A stretch of 64,000 bases of DNA, taken from NCBI GenBank assembly GCA_963735035.1, contig CAVTJJ010000004.1, forward strand, positions 960,001-1,024,000, read 5' to 3'. Numbering within the stretch: the stretch's first letter is position 1; every line of letters starts with the position of its first letter. The notes beneath the pieces were generated by a model, which was not told the origin of the DNA, did not search any database, and saw only the letters and a list, made by a program, of their open reading frames with translations. Position numbers and translations under genes: made by a program. The DNA comes from an uncultured candidate division Zixibacteria bacterium. Its GTDB lineage: Bacteria > Zixibacteria > MSB-5A5 > GN15 > FEB-12. Shown in pieces: positions 48,301 through 58,554 of the stretch.

Positions 48301-49948
48301 CGAGGTCAGCGATGTTCACGCCGACCGCTATATCGGCCGGAGTTGTAGCCGGCGCCGGATCGAGCACGATCCAGCTATCGGAGGTAGTGGCAACAAACGA
48401 AGCCTGGGAGCCGTCACCGATAGTTACGTGGACTGTTTGCGGAGCCGGATTGGTACCGTGGAAACGCCCCGAGAAATTCAACGTCATCGGATTGACTACG
48501 AACCCGTCCATATCGAGCACTTCGACTGTGACGAATTCGCTGTCCGCCAGACTGCCGTCGGAGACAATCACCCAGAAAGTGTGCATGCCGGCGTCGGTGT
48601 TGTTCGGCGTCCAACTAAAAGTAGCCGTGCCGTCGCCGTGGTCCGTAAACGTGGCGGTGGACGGTATGCCCGGGGCGCTAAGTGTTAGCGCTGTTTCGTC
48701 CGGATCGGTGCCCGATGCAACAAAAGTGAGATTCGCACCTTCGTTTACCATCTGCGGACCGATTCCCGCCAGTACCGGCGGACGGTTCACGTCCATTACG
48801 GTAATTGTTATGGCTTCGAAATCGGTCAGGCTTCCGTCGGAAGCCGTGAAGGTAACAGGGTATGACCCGGCGGCATTAAATCCCGGTATCCAGGAAAAGG
48901 TCCCGGTGCCGTTACCATGGTCGACGAAACCGGCGCCAAAAGGCAGAGCCGAAGTAGTCAGTAGCGGTGTCGCTCCATCCGGATCGGTCGCCGTTACATC
49001 AAACTGCAACAGGCTGTTTTCATTGACCTGCCGGTTGCCTATAGAAGCCAGAACCGGCGGTTGGTTGGGCAGGGCCAAGTGGAGATTTATCGCGACCGTA
49101 TCCGCATTGGTGGCCTCGGCGGAGGTTACAATCACTCTACCCTGGTAGTCGCCCGCGGTCAGACCGGTCATATTGATGCCCACGCCAACCGTGCCGGGAG
49201 TCGTGCCGCTTGCATTGGTCAACGTTATCCAGCTAGTTGACGCGGCTGCCGTAAAAGGGATGTTGTCACCCACGGCTTCAGATACATCGAATGATTGATT
49301 TGGTGGAGCTGAACTTCCCGCCACCCCGGTGAAACTCAAATTGTTAGTATTCGTCTGCAGTACGCCGGTGATGTGTGGCCTGTTGGCGTCGTAGATCACC
49401 AAGCGGGACTTCCAGATAGGCCGGTATTCCGTATTACTGAAATCCACAAATGTAAATGTGGCCCCCAACACCTGCATGCTATCAAATACGATCGAATCAA
49501 GTACCGACCAGCTAGAAAGAACGAAGTTGTAGGTGGCTACATGTTTGGCGGTCATGCTTGCTACCAAACCCGGCGATTCACCGCCACGGGCCCCTGTACA
49601 TTGAAAAGCACGGTATTTGTTAGTGCTGTCAATCCTGCCGTTGCGATAGACCATGTGCATCATATCAAAGATCACGAGGCCGTCGGGCGTAAAAGCCCCA
49701 CTTGTCATGCGCAGGTTGTTGTTCAACCATCCGAAGCCAAGAGCTATGGAGTTGAGGCTTTGAACATCGTTGAATAAGTACAGATTCATCGAAACGTTCA
49801 ACTGGTTGGTATTGGCGTCCGGTACCACGGTAAAATCCATGCGCACCGTGTCCGCGACACCCTGATCCAGCGGATCCTGCTGGGCCATAGCGGTGACCCC
49901 AAACAGGCTAAACAGGACAAGTAGTCCCGCAATTAGTTTGAAGTTCAT
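45337..49948 (-). CDS. Large (about 1530 aa) T9SS-secreted modular protein with cohesin-like, BACON-like and cadherin/Ig-like domains; apparent frameshift near 47810
   Basis: ORF 47744..49948 carries the signal peptide and ORF 45337..47865 carries the QNYPNPFNP…RKMMLLK domain. Removing one T in TCGTTTCAAC (minus strand) fuses them. Confidence 0.8.
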
Positions 49949-50283
49949 ATCTTTACAATCCTCCTCAAGTATTGATTATAACTACACTTACATATTTGCA
50001 TCTAGTCGGGCGGGGATGGGCACAATTCAAAAACCGGTGCGCTGAATGAGGCTCACCGTTGATTTTGACCCATACTTACAAGTTTACTAACATCACAGGT
50101 CGAAAGACATCCGTCTATCTAAACCCAGTCCTGTTAGACCAATTTGAAGTAACTGAAAGGAGTAACTGCAGCGGTATTGCAGGGTAACCCCTTACCATCA
50201 TCGACCGCTCGGAATATATGTGAAAAGCCCCGGATGTCAAGGGATTATGGCCATTTTCGATGTTCAAAATTGGAGCAGAATGG

Positions 50284-50664
50284 TTACGCCGGGAGCCGTT
50301 TTCGGCCGCGAAGATACCCTGCCACTGCCAGTACTACCAGGCCGCCGCTCAGGTCGGCCGCATAGTCCCAGATATCAGCCGTCCGACCGGGGATAAACGC
50401 CTGCAGGACTTCGTCTACGAGCCCAAAAACCACGAGGTAGGAGAGGCTCATCAGGAAGATTACGCGGTTGCTGGCCGGTTCCTTCAGATGAGTCAGAGAC
50501 CGGTAGACGAGAAACGCAAATATTGCGTATTCAAGGAAATGCGCGATTTTGTCGGTGGCGAGAATCCGGATTGCCTGAGTCCGAAAACTGGTCAATGAGG
50601 GAAGGACCAGGATCGCCACGGCGTAGACCATAGCCGGCAGATGGTATTTGAAAAATGCTTTCAT
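50284..50664 (-). CDS. VanZ family membrane protein
   Basis: DKIAHFLEYAIFA, DEVLQAFIPGRTADIWDYAAD. Confidence 0.9.
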   Translation of the reverse strand: MKAFFKYHLPAMVYAVAILVLPSLTSFRTQAIRILATDKIAHFLEYAIFAFLVYRSLTHLKEPASNRVIFLMSLSYLVVFGLVDEVLQAFIPGRTADIWDYAADLSGGLVVLAVAGYLRGRKRLPA

Positions 50665-50787
50665 ACGTAGTTTGCTTTGCGACTACAGTCTAAACGTTCC
50701 GGCCGAGTCCGGTCAACCAATGTTCTCCCGATAATCGGCTCCGGCCGCAATTTCTGTATTCCTTGTGTCGAGACCAAATCTGGGCTG

Positions 50788-51624
50788 GGGTGGCCCATCC
50801 GCCTGCGGGTGGGTTTATAGCATCACGCGCTCACCTTGTGACCCCCTCTCCGCCCCCACTCTGTCATGCCACGGCCGCTCCCGCTACGTCATGCCCCGGC
50901 TTGACCGGGGCACCAAGGGTGGTAGGTCAGGCCTACTCGGGTTGACGTAGAGTGCCCGGCCCGACGCGGCGGGCCCACATCTGGCGGGTTCTTATTGACT
51001 GTCTTAGGAGGAGACGGGTCGTAGACCCGTCATTCTGGCGGAAGCCAGAACCCAGTTGTGTTGGTAAGTGCACTGAAGCTAATGTCAGAACCTCCGTGCG
51101 AACGGGGGTTTCGAATCATGACCGAAATAATTCTGCAATCATAACTGGGCACCGGTTTTCACCGGTGTGACGGCCTGGTGGCCGTTTCAATTTCACTAGG
51201 CAGAACCCCTTGCGGGTGGGTTACAAGGGATTTGAGAACGAACGATTTGAACGCCTTCGTCCGCAGAACCACTCGCGGAAGCGTCGAGGGTTCTGCGCTA
51301 CGCGTTTGCTGTGCCCCCGCACGCCGACAGGGGTCACGATGTAGCTCTTCGTTTGTGAACTTAGGGGGCATCCAAGGGCTGTAGGTCAGGCCTACTCGGG
51401 TTGACGTAGAGTGCCCGGCCCGACGCGGCGGGCCACATCTGCCGGACTTTGGCGGGTTCGAAGCGGACCCGCCCTACCGGTTCAGAGTAAGTAGGGCAGA
51501 ACCAATGTACTCCTGCCATCAATGTCAGGCGTCGAGTCCGCCTGACCTACGATTTGCGAACGAACGATTTGAACGCCTTCGTCCGCAGAACCGCTCGCCG
51601 AAGCGTCGAGGGTTCTGCGCTACG
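50788..51624. repeat. Mosaic REP-like cluster with no credible ORF
   Basis: About 65-bp direct repeat at 50922-50987 and 51381-51445; a second 65-bp unit at 51238, 51560 and 54041; CGTC-tagged hairpins at 50887 and 51028. Confidence 0.85.
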
Positions 51625-51644
51625 CCAATGATGCCGTGGAATTG

Positions 51645-51674
51645 AAAAGGGCGCCGCGTGAATCGCGGCGCCCT
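51645..51674 (-). terminator. Rho-independent terminator
   Basis: AGGGCGCCGCG…CGCGGCGCCCT stem plus TTTT on the minus strand, after the SBBP gene. Confidence 0.75.
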
Positions 51675-51714
51675 GAACAAAGAAAGTTAGTGATTCTATT
51701 GGACCAATTCGCGA

Positions 51715-53835
51715 CTACAGACAGTTCGGCAGGCCAAGTTCCGGACCGGTAATGAACAGGTAGTCGATGAGATATGAGACGTCACCCATTGTTATGTCAC
51801 TTTGGGCAGGGTTACCTCCCCCAGATTGGTTGACATCGGCTTCGGACATACAATGGATAACGCTCCAATCCAAGCTGATGAACAGTACATCAATTAGAAT
51901 ATTAACGTCACTAATGGTCGGCTCGTCACCACCCGATTGATCGGCGTCCCCTGTTCGGCCAACGCAGCAACTTGCCGCCTCGATCTTGGTGATGAAGGCA
52001 TCGATGTTCTGATACGTGCCCTGGTAGGCATTGACTATGGGAAAATCGCTTGACCAAGTAGTACCGGTAATGTATACACCCCCAGACGCGTCAACCGCGA
52101 TGGCGTTACCACCATCTGAGCCGCTTCCGCCCAAGTACGAACTGTAGGCCAAGGAACCGCCTTCGCTTGAAAGCCGGGCAACAAAAGCATCAACGTCACC
52201 TTGATCCGTCTGGAATTCGTTGACAGTCGGGAAGTTGTTGGATTGAGTTGAGCCTGTCACATAGACTGCTCCAGACCCATCCACCGCAATGCCATTGGCA
52301 TTGTCGCGCCAATCGCTCCCCCCCAGGTAAGTGCTGAAAACAAGACTACTGCCATTGACTGAAAGTTTGGTCACAAATGCGTCGTCGGATCCTTGAAATG
52401 TCTGGTACGGATTGACAGTGGGGAAATTGGTTGAGGTTGTCCAGCCCGTCACATACATATTTCCTGAAGCGTCCACCGTGATGTCACGGCATACTTCCGC
52501 GCTGTCCCCCCCCAAATAGGTGCTGTAGAGCAGGTTGTTGCCTGTGCTTGAGAGTTGAGCTACAAAGCCGTCTTCACCTGCCTGATTTCCCTGGTAGGGT
52601 GAGACGGTGGGAAAATTAGACGAAACAGTCGAGCCTGCCACATAAGCCACTCCCGACGGATTCACAAAGATACCCTCGGCTCCTTCGCTTAAGGATCCGC
52701 CAATATGGGTACTATAAGCCAGGCTGTTGCCTCCGGTCGAGAGTTTTGTAACAAACACGTCACAGGCTCCCTGGTTCGTCGATTGGTACGCATTGAGTGT
52801 CGGGAAATTCGAAGACCAGGTCCAGCCTGTCACATACGCAGCTCCAGACACTACAGCGATGTCCGCGCCGATCTCAGAGTCACTCCCGCCGAGGAATGTG
52901 CTGTAGGAGAGACTACCGCTGCTTGAGAGTTTTGTGACAAACACGTCAATGACTCCCTGGAACGTCGATTGGTACGCGTTGAGTGTCGGGAAGTCGCTGG
53001 AGTAAGTGCTGCCCGTCACGTAAACAGCTCCAGAAGCATCCAATGCAATGCCGTAGCCAAAGTCCCAACTGCTTCCGGCAAGGGTGGTACTGTAGACCAA
53101 GCTATCGCCGCTGCTTGACAACTTTGTGACGAATATATCAGTGTATTCCGGAGTTATCCCCTGACCATTCTTCTGTCCCGGATCAATAATAGGGAAGCTG
53201 CCAGGAGCCTTATCACCCATCACATATACGCATCCTGACGAGTCCAGAGCGATGTCGTAGCCTTTTTGAGAGCCATTTCCCCCCAGATACGTGCTGTACA
53301 CCAATTCCGGATCGATAGTCACCGGCTGAGTACGATCATATTCCTTGCCGAGCTGGAATCCGAACGTATTGTCATCCTGAACCGTGAACTCGGATGTCAC
53401 CGCCCGCCGTTCGCCGTTTACGTTCTGGTACACCACCGGGGCCAGTTCTTTGATCTCGCCCCAGGCCGTAGTGACCGTCAGCGAACCATCGGTAGCTACC
53501 GCAACCGACTCAGCGCCATCGTACTTGACCTGTATCTTGGAGTAATCGGCACCCGGACTGACTACAAAATCATACTCCATCCGTTGACCGTTGCCATAGT
53601 ATGTAAGATCGATCCCAGGATAGACCTCCTCCAATACGACCGCTTTGTAGCTGGGAACATCGGTCCGCCATTGAGATTGATCGTTGCCGACGAAATAGTT
53701 GCACTTATAACTCATCAGGTCGTTGCCGCGCGAAGCGAAATTAGCATTCGCGCCGACTAATACCGCTTTGACAATCATTGTTTCGATACTGTCATTCGCA
53801 GCGTCCCGGCGAGAGTCCATCCCCTCGGACGTCAT
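51715..53835 (-). CDS. SBBP beta-propeller repeat protein with a C-terminal dockerin-like domain; 5' end apparently missing
   Basis: NYFVGND…YPGIDL…EYDFVVSPGAD…IDP, then seven YSTYLGG…IAVD.SG.VYVTG.T.S.NFP repeats and a dockerin. No signal peptide; the upstream frame runs through REPs. Confidence 0.8.
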   Translation of the reverse strand: MTSEGMDSRRDAANDSIETMIVKAVLVGANANFASRGNDLMSYKCNYFVGNDQSQWRTDVPSYKAVVLEEVYPGIDLTYYGNGQRMEYDFVVSPGADYSKIQVKYDGAESVAVATDGSLTVTTAWGEIKELAPVVYQNVNGERRAVTSEFTVQDDNTFGFQLGKEYDRTQPVTIDPELVYSTYLGGNGSQKGYDIALDSSGCVYVMGDKAPGSFPIIDPGQKNGQGITPEYTDIFVTKLSSSGDSLVYSTTLAGSSWDFGYGIALDASGAVYVTGSTYSSDFPTLNAYQSTFQGVIDVFVTKLSSSGSLSYSTFLGGSDSEIGADIAVVSGAAYVTGWTWSSNFPTLNAYQSTNQGACDVFVTKLSTGGNSLAYSTHIGGSLSEGAEGIFVNPSGVAYVAGSTVSSNFPTVSPYQGNQAGEDGFVAQLSSTGNNLLYSTYLGGDSAEVCRDITVDASGNMYVTGWTTSTNFPTVNPYQTFQGSDDAFVTKLSVNGSSLVFSTYLGGSDWRDNANGIAVDGSGAVYVTGSTQSNNFPTVNEFQTDQGDVDAFVARLSSEGGSLAYSSYLGGSGSDGGNAIAVDASGGVYITGTTWSSDFPIVNAYQGTYQNIDAFITKIEAASCCVGRTGDADQSGGDEPTISDVNILIDVLFISLDWSVIHCMSEADVNQSGGGNPAQSDITMGDVSYLIDYLFITGPELGLPNCL

Positions 53836-53889
53836 GCCGGATTGCCCGGCCACATCAATCCTGTATAGCAGAACCTCATGGCCTGCTCG

Positions 53890-54243
53890 CTGTGGCGAGG
53901 TTCTGCCATTAGAGTGCCCGGCAGATGTCCACATCTGCCGGTTTGAGTCCAGTAGGGCAGAACCCCTTGGGGCTGCTCGCAGTGCCGAGGTTCTGCCATT
54001 AACGTCAGGCGTCGAGTCCACCCTGACCTACGATTCGAGGACGAACGATTTGAACGCCTTCGCCCGCAGAACCACTCGCCGAAGCGTCGAGGGTTCTGCG
54101 CTACGGATTAGCTGTGCCCTGACTGCCGTCAGTGGGTACGAATTATGGTGACGATTTCAATTCGGCGGCATTAAAACGAGTCGGCAGATGTGGGCATCTG
54201 CCGGGCACGGTTGGGAAGTCTTGTAGGGCAGAACCCCTTGTGG
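53890..54243. repeat. REP-like cluster upstream of the SBBP gene
   Basis: Copies of the GTGCCCGGCAGATG, GTAGGGCAGAACC and 65-bp GTAGCGCAGAACC units. Confidence 0.8.
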
Positions 54244-55532
54244 TGTATAGTATCATGACATCCGTTACAGGTTGTGTCAAGACATGCGTTACAGTTTGAC
54301 GGTATTATACCTTCTTAGCGAAGGAGGCGGATATGCCGTGGAAGGCGCAGAGTGTAATGGATGAGCGGATACGATTTGTGATGGAGGCGGACCGGTGCCA
54401 AGAGTCGATGTCAGGCCTGTGTCGGGAGTTTGGGATTAGTCGGCCTACCGGGTACCGGTGGTTATCGAGGTACCGGGAGACCGGGCGGGTGAGTGATCTT
54501 CGGGAACGATCTCGTCGGCCAAGTTGCAGCCCGCTACGGTCGGCAGAGGAGATCGTTGATCGAGTAGTGAGTTTACGGTTGGCGTACGACTGGGGAGCTC
54601 GTAAGCTGCAGGTTCTGTTGCGGGATGCCGGGGTCAAGGTAAGTGAGAGCACGATCAACCGTATTTTGAAGCGTCAGGGTTTGCAGCGTGAGCCGGAGGT
54701 TACCGGCCAGGCGACGACACGATTTGAGCGGCAGACCCCTAATGAATTATGGCAGATGGACTTTAAGGGACTCAGCCAAGCGGTTGTAGGGCGGTGTTGT
54801 CCCTTGTCGATTATCGATGACCACAGCCGGTATGCGGTTGGCCTGTATGCCCTCGGCGACCAATTGGGTGTGTCGGTTCACCAGTCGCTGGTGCAAACCT
54901 TCGAACGCTATGGAGTGCCACAGTCGGTGTTGATCGACCACGGAGTTCCGTGGTACAGTCCCAACGGTCACGGCCTGACATGGCTGGGGGTCGCGTTGAT
55001 CAAGCAAGGCGTCCGGCTGCGCTTTAGCGGCCTGCGTCACCCCCAGACACAGGGGAAGGTGGAACGGTTCCACCGCACCTTGGGTGACCGGCTGCGCCAT
55101 CGGGGCTATCCGTCGCTTCTGGCTGACTGGCAACAGACCTTCGATGATTTTGCCAAAGAGTATAACCATGTCCGGCCACATGAATCGCTCGACATGGCGG
55201 TACCCGCCTCTCGTTACCAACCCAGCTCCCGACAGTATCAACCACAGCCGCCAGCCTGGGATTATCCCGCCGGTGCCATAGTCAGGCGACTCAATGTGAG
55301 AGGTCTGCTGTCATGGAAGAGCCGGTATTACTTTGTCAGCGAAGCTTTGGCCAAAGAAGACGTCGAGATCAACCCCTGTGCCGACACCCTGCTGATTCGC
55401 TACCGACACATGTGGATTAGAGAAATTGACCTCAAAACAGGTCGTTCAGAGACTCTGATCGACAAAACCAGAAACCCTTATGTGTAACGGATGTCCTGAC
55501 ACACACTGTAACTCAAGTGTTGACACTGTACA
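54244..55532 (+). mobile_element. IS481-family insertion sequence with a 10-bp target duplication
   Basis: Ends TGTATAGTATCATGACATCCGTTACA and (reverse complement) TGTACAGTGTCAACACTTGAGTTACA; CCCCTTGTGG at 54234-54243 and 55533-55542. Confidence 0.92.
54333..55487 (+). CDS. IS481 family DDE transposase
   Basis: MPWK start, HTH (LCREFGISRPTGYRW), WQMDFKG, IDHG, PQTQGKVERFHRT, YNHVRPHESL; AGGAGG RBS. Confidence 0.96.
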   Translation: MPWKAQSVMDERIRFVMEADRCQESMSGLCREFGISRPTGYRWLSRYRETGRVSDLRERSRRPSCSPLRSAEEIVDRVVSLRLAYDWGARKLQVLLRDAGVKVSESTINRILKRQGLQREPEVTGQATTRFERQTPNELWQMDFKGLSQAVVGRCCPLSIIDDHSRYAVGLYALGDQLGVSVHQSLVQTFERYGVPQSVLIDHGVPWYSPNGHGLTWLGVALIKQGVRLRFSGLRHPQTQGKVERFHRTLGDRLRHRGYPSLLADWQQTFDDFAKEYNHVRPHESLDMAVPASRYQPSSRQYQPQPPAWDYPAGAIVRRLNVRGLLSWKSRYYFVSEALAKEDVEINPCADTLLIRYRHMWIREIDLKTGRSETLIDKTRNPYV

Positions 55533-56092
55533 CCCCTTGTGGTTCTGCCATCGGGAGTGTCGAAACCACGGGGGTTTCGATCTACAAAAATTGAAAGTCT
55601 TCGTAGGTCGGGTTCACGAGTGTCGAGCGGAGCGAGACGCGAGAAAACCCGACATCTCACAAACGGCCGACAGGCCGTCATTCCTGCGAGGGCAGGAACC
55701 CAGTCAAGCACGATCCCGAAACAGTCATGGTTTTCCAATCGTCCGATGGCAGAAGGCTCTGCAAACTTCGACACTCATGTTTGGGCGACCTTGTCTGGGT
55801 ACCCGCCTCCGCGGGTATGACGTGACTGGCGTCCCGTTTCTATATCGCAACTCAAGCGGCATAATTGTAGCAGAACCCCTTGAGGTTCTGCCGTGAACTA
55901 ATCGCCGTCAGGCGGGTGCGACGTAGCTCGGCAACTTCGAATTGGTGGCATTAGAACAAGTCGGCAGATGTCGGCATCTGCCGGCATCTGCCGGGCACCT
56001 GCAGGATACTCCGTAACGGATCGCCCACCATGAGTAAATCTCCACGGTCCCGATCAAGTCGGTCAGGTGGCCCTCGCGATTGCCGGTGGGTT
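55533..56092. repeat. REP-like cluster downstream of IS481
   Basis: GTAGGTCGGGTT…AACCCGAC (reverse relative at about 26860-26909), inverted CGTCAT…CCCAG / CTGGG…ATGACG pair (55676-55822), GTAGCAGAACC unit, GGCAGATG unit. Confidence 0.75.
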
Positions 56093-56277
56093 TACAAGCG
56101 TTGTTAGCTCGGATTCAATGAGTTGCGGGGGGCAGGCGGGTGTCGAGATTCTCCTTGCCGCGCTCTTTCAAGCGAAGTATCTTAAAAAGCTATAAGTGAA
56201 ACTCGCAATGAACTCATTGTACAGCAATCTGGTCCGCTGGATACGGGGTTCGGCATAACTGGAGCAAGTTTAAGGAC

Positions 56278-58554
56278 ATGACCGAGAAAAATTCTGGACT
56301 TATAACCCTGTTGATGCTCACCGGCGCGATTCTGGGCGGCCTGTGTGGGTACTTTCTACCTCAATACGCCTTCGCGGTAGGTTTCCTGGGACAATGGTTT
56401 CTGGGCGCCCTGAAGATTCTCATTATTCCCGTACTCGCAGCCGGAGTGATTACCGGCATTACCTCTTTTGGAGAACTCCGTCGCGCCGGCGGACTCATGA
56501 AGACCCTCGTCTGGTATTTCCTCGGTACGACAGTTGTCGCAATCGTAATTGCGTCCGTGGTCGGCTGGATTTTTGCCCCGGGGGCCCAGGCCGGTGTCTT
56601 CATAGGCACGTCCGGCGGGACCCTGTCGACCGCCTGGCAGTCGCTTTCTCAGGCGCTCAGTTCACTTGTTCCGGGCAATTTGTTTCAGGCCGCGGTGGAA
56701 GGAAAATACATCGGTCTTGTTCTCTTGACCGTTCTGCTAGGCGGCACGCTGGCTTCGATCGGTCTACACGGCCGAACCATCGTGACATTCTTCCGGGGGC
56801 TCAGTGACGGTCTTCATCGGGTTGTCGACCTGGTTCTCTACGCGGCGCCGGTGGGCATCTTCGCGCTGGTAGCTTCGGCCGTGGCGGGCAGCACCCGTAT
56901 GCCGGCCAACTGGTCTGACGTAGCCACTTCGTACTTGTCAGCTTCGTTGATTGCGCTCGGAATCTATGGACTGGTCGTTCTTCCTATGGCCATGAAGCTA
57001 TTTGGCGGCCGTTCGGTATTCAGTTTCTTCTCCGACTTGTCACCCGCTTTCTTGACCGCGTTCGGGACATCGTCCAAGACGGCTGCTTTTCCGGTGACCA
57101 TGCGCTGTCTCACCGATCGCACGCGGATGGATAATCGGTCGGTCACTACGGCTTTGCCGATTAGCACTGTCCTGGGCTTCGACGGTACCATCGTTCTTCC
57201 TATCGTAGCCACTATTATCGCAGCCTCAGCATGTGGGGCGCCGGTCGGTCTCGTGCAGATGATTGTCATCGGTCTACTGGCAGCGATTGCTTCACTCGGG
57301 ACGGCCGGGATGCCGCTGGCTTCGTTGCTTGCCGCCCCATACTTATTCTCAGCAGTAGGACTGACCTCAGAACAAATCGGTTTTGCTCTGGCGGCTCTAG
57401 TTTCAGTCGAATGGATAGTGGACCGGGTAAGAGCGGTAGTGAATACGGGCAGCGATGCCGTTGCTTGCGCCCTGGTAGCCGGAGCGAGTGATGCGCGCGG
57501 CCCGATAGCGCGGCCGTCGCGTGGTCGCCGTCCGGAACGGTTCGAGCGAGACTCCGAAGAGTCAGGTCGCGAAAGATTTGGTGGACGGGGTGAAGGCTTT
57601 GGCGATACACGCCGTCGTGGTGGACCGGCCGGCCGTCCCCAGCGCGGACGACGCGAAGAAGTTGGTGGACGGTTCACGCCTCCGGGAGCAGGACCGGGAG
57701 CCGGACCAAGACCGCGCCCGGACCTGGCGGATCGCTCTCCATTTCAAATGAAAGCGGGGCGCACTCCCGCCCTGGGTATCGATGCCGATAAGCCCGCAGT
57801 CGCCCCGGATCGCCCCGCAAGAGAGATCGAAAGACCGGTGCGCGAAACTGAGCGCCCTCAGCGCGACACTGAACGTCCGCAGAGGGATCGAGATGACCGC
57901 CGTGAACCCCGTCGGCCAGGCTCGCGTTTTGGCGAAGGTCGTGGTCCTCGCGGACGTCACCGCGGCGGTCCCGAGAGAGTGCCGGAATCGGCAGGACGGT
58001 TGGGAGCTGAAGAGCCGACCGAAGAGTCAGAGTCGCCCAAAATGGAAACACCGCGAATCAACCCTGAAGTTGTAGCGAGAGATCTGTCACGGGTCTCCGC
58101 CCAGTTGCGTGAACCGCAGCCGATCGAACCGCGCGAGCCGGAGCATATACAGCCGGTCGAACCGGACTTGTCGAATGGCTCGGAAGACGATGTCTTTGAG
58201 ACGGGACGTCGCTATGTCGACGATGAACTTCCGGAATTCGATTCCGATATGTCCGACAACCAGGAAGACGCCGTCGACGGCACCAGTGGGGAAGAAGCGC
58301 CTTCCGAAGCTGAACGGCCGATTCGTGACGAGGAACCGTCTGGAGCCGATGAAAACGAACCTTCCGAATCACGCGAAGCGTCATTTGGGCGGGGACGGCA
58401 TTTCCGTGGATCGGCGTTCCGAAAGTCCGAGACTCCTGAAACCGAAGCGCCTGAAGCTGGCACGCCCAAAGAGCCGGATACTGATTCGGGGACAGGTGGC
58501 TTCTCAAACGAGGATGCTTCTTTCGGTCGGATGAAAAGAAAGCGGACTCGTTAG
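56278..58554 (+). CDS. Dicarboxylate/amino acid:cation symporter (DAACS) family protein with a long disordered C-terminal tail
   Basis: About 400-aa TM domain (GQWFLGALK, VPGNLFQA, AFGTSS, DGT, DRVRAVVN) followed by an R/G/E/P-rich tail of about 350 aa. Confidence 0.88.
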   Translation: MTEKNSGLITLLMLTGAILGGLCGYFLPQYAFAVGFLGQWFLGALKILIIPVLAAGVITGITSFGELRRAGGLMKTLVWYFLGTTVVAIVIASVVGWIFAPGAQAGVFIGTSGGTLSTAWQSLSQALSSLVPGNLFQAAVEGKYIGLVLLTVLLGGTLASIGLHGRTIVTFFRGLSDGLHRVVDLVLYAAPVGIFALVASAVAGSTRMPANWSDVATSYLSASLIALGIYGLVVLPMAMKLFGGRSVFSFFSDLSPAFLTAFGTSSKTAAFPVTMRCLTDRTRMDNRSVTTALPISTVLGFDGTIVLPIVATIIAASACGAPVGLVQMIVIGLLAAIASLGTAGMPLASLLAAPYLFSAVGLTSEQIGFALAALVSVEWIVDRVRAVVNTGSDAVACALVAGASDARGPIARPSRGRRPERFERDSEESGRERFGGRGEGFGDTRRRGGPAGRPQRGRREEVGGRFTPPGAGPGAGPRPRPDLADRSPFQMKAGRTPALGIDADKPAVAPDRPAREIERPVRETERPQRDTERPQRDRDDRREPRRPGSRFGEGRGPRGRHRGGPERVPESAGRLGAEEPTEESESPKMETPRINPEVVARDLSRVSAQLREPQPIEPREPEHIQPVEPDLSNGSEDDVFETGRRYVDDELPEFDSDMSDNQEDAVDGTSGEEAPSEAERPIRDEEPSGADENEPSESREASFGRGRHFRGSAFRKSETPETEAPEAGTPKEPDTDSGTGGFSNEDASFGRMKRKRTR

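Noticed and set aside
49950..50280. Riboswitch upstream of the large T9SS gene (the TonB receptor leader at 21950-22230 was also checked)
   Set aside because: Hairpins are present, but I could not match a known riboswitch consensus by eye; an Rfam scan would be needed.
50763..51384. Short ORFs in the intergenic cluster
   Set aside because: They lie entirely within REP-like repeats, with no RBS or protein motifs.
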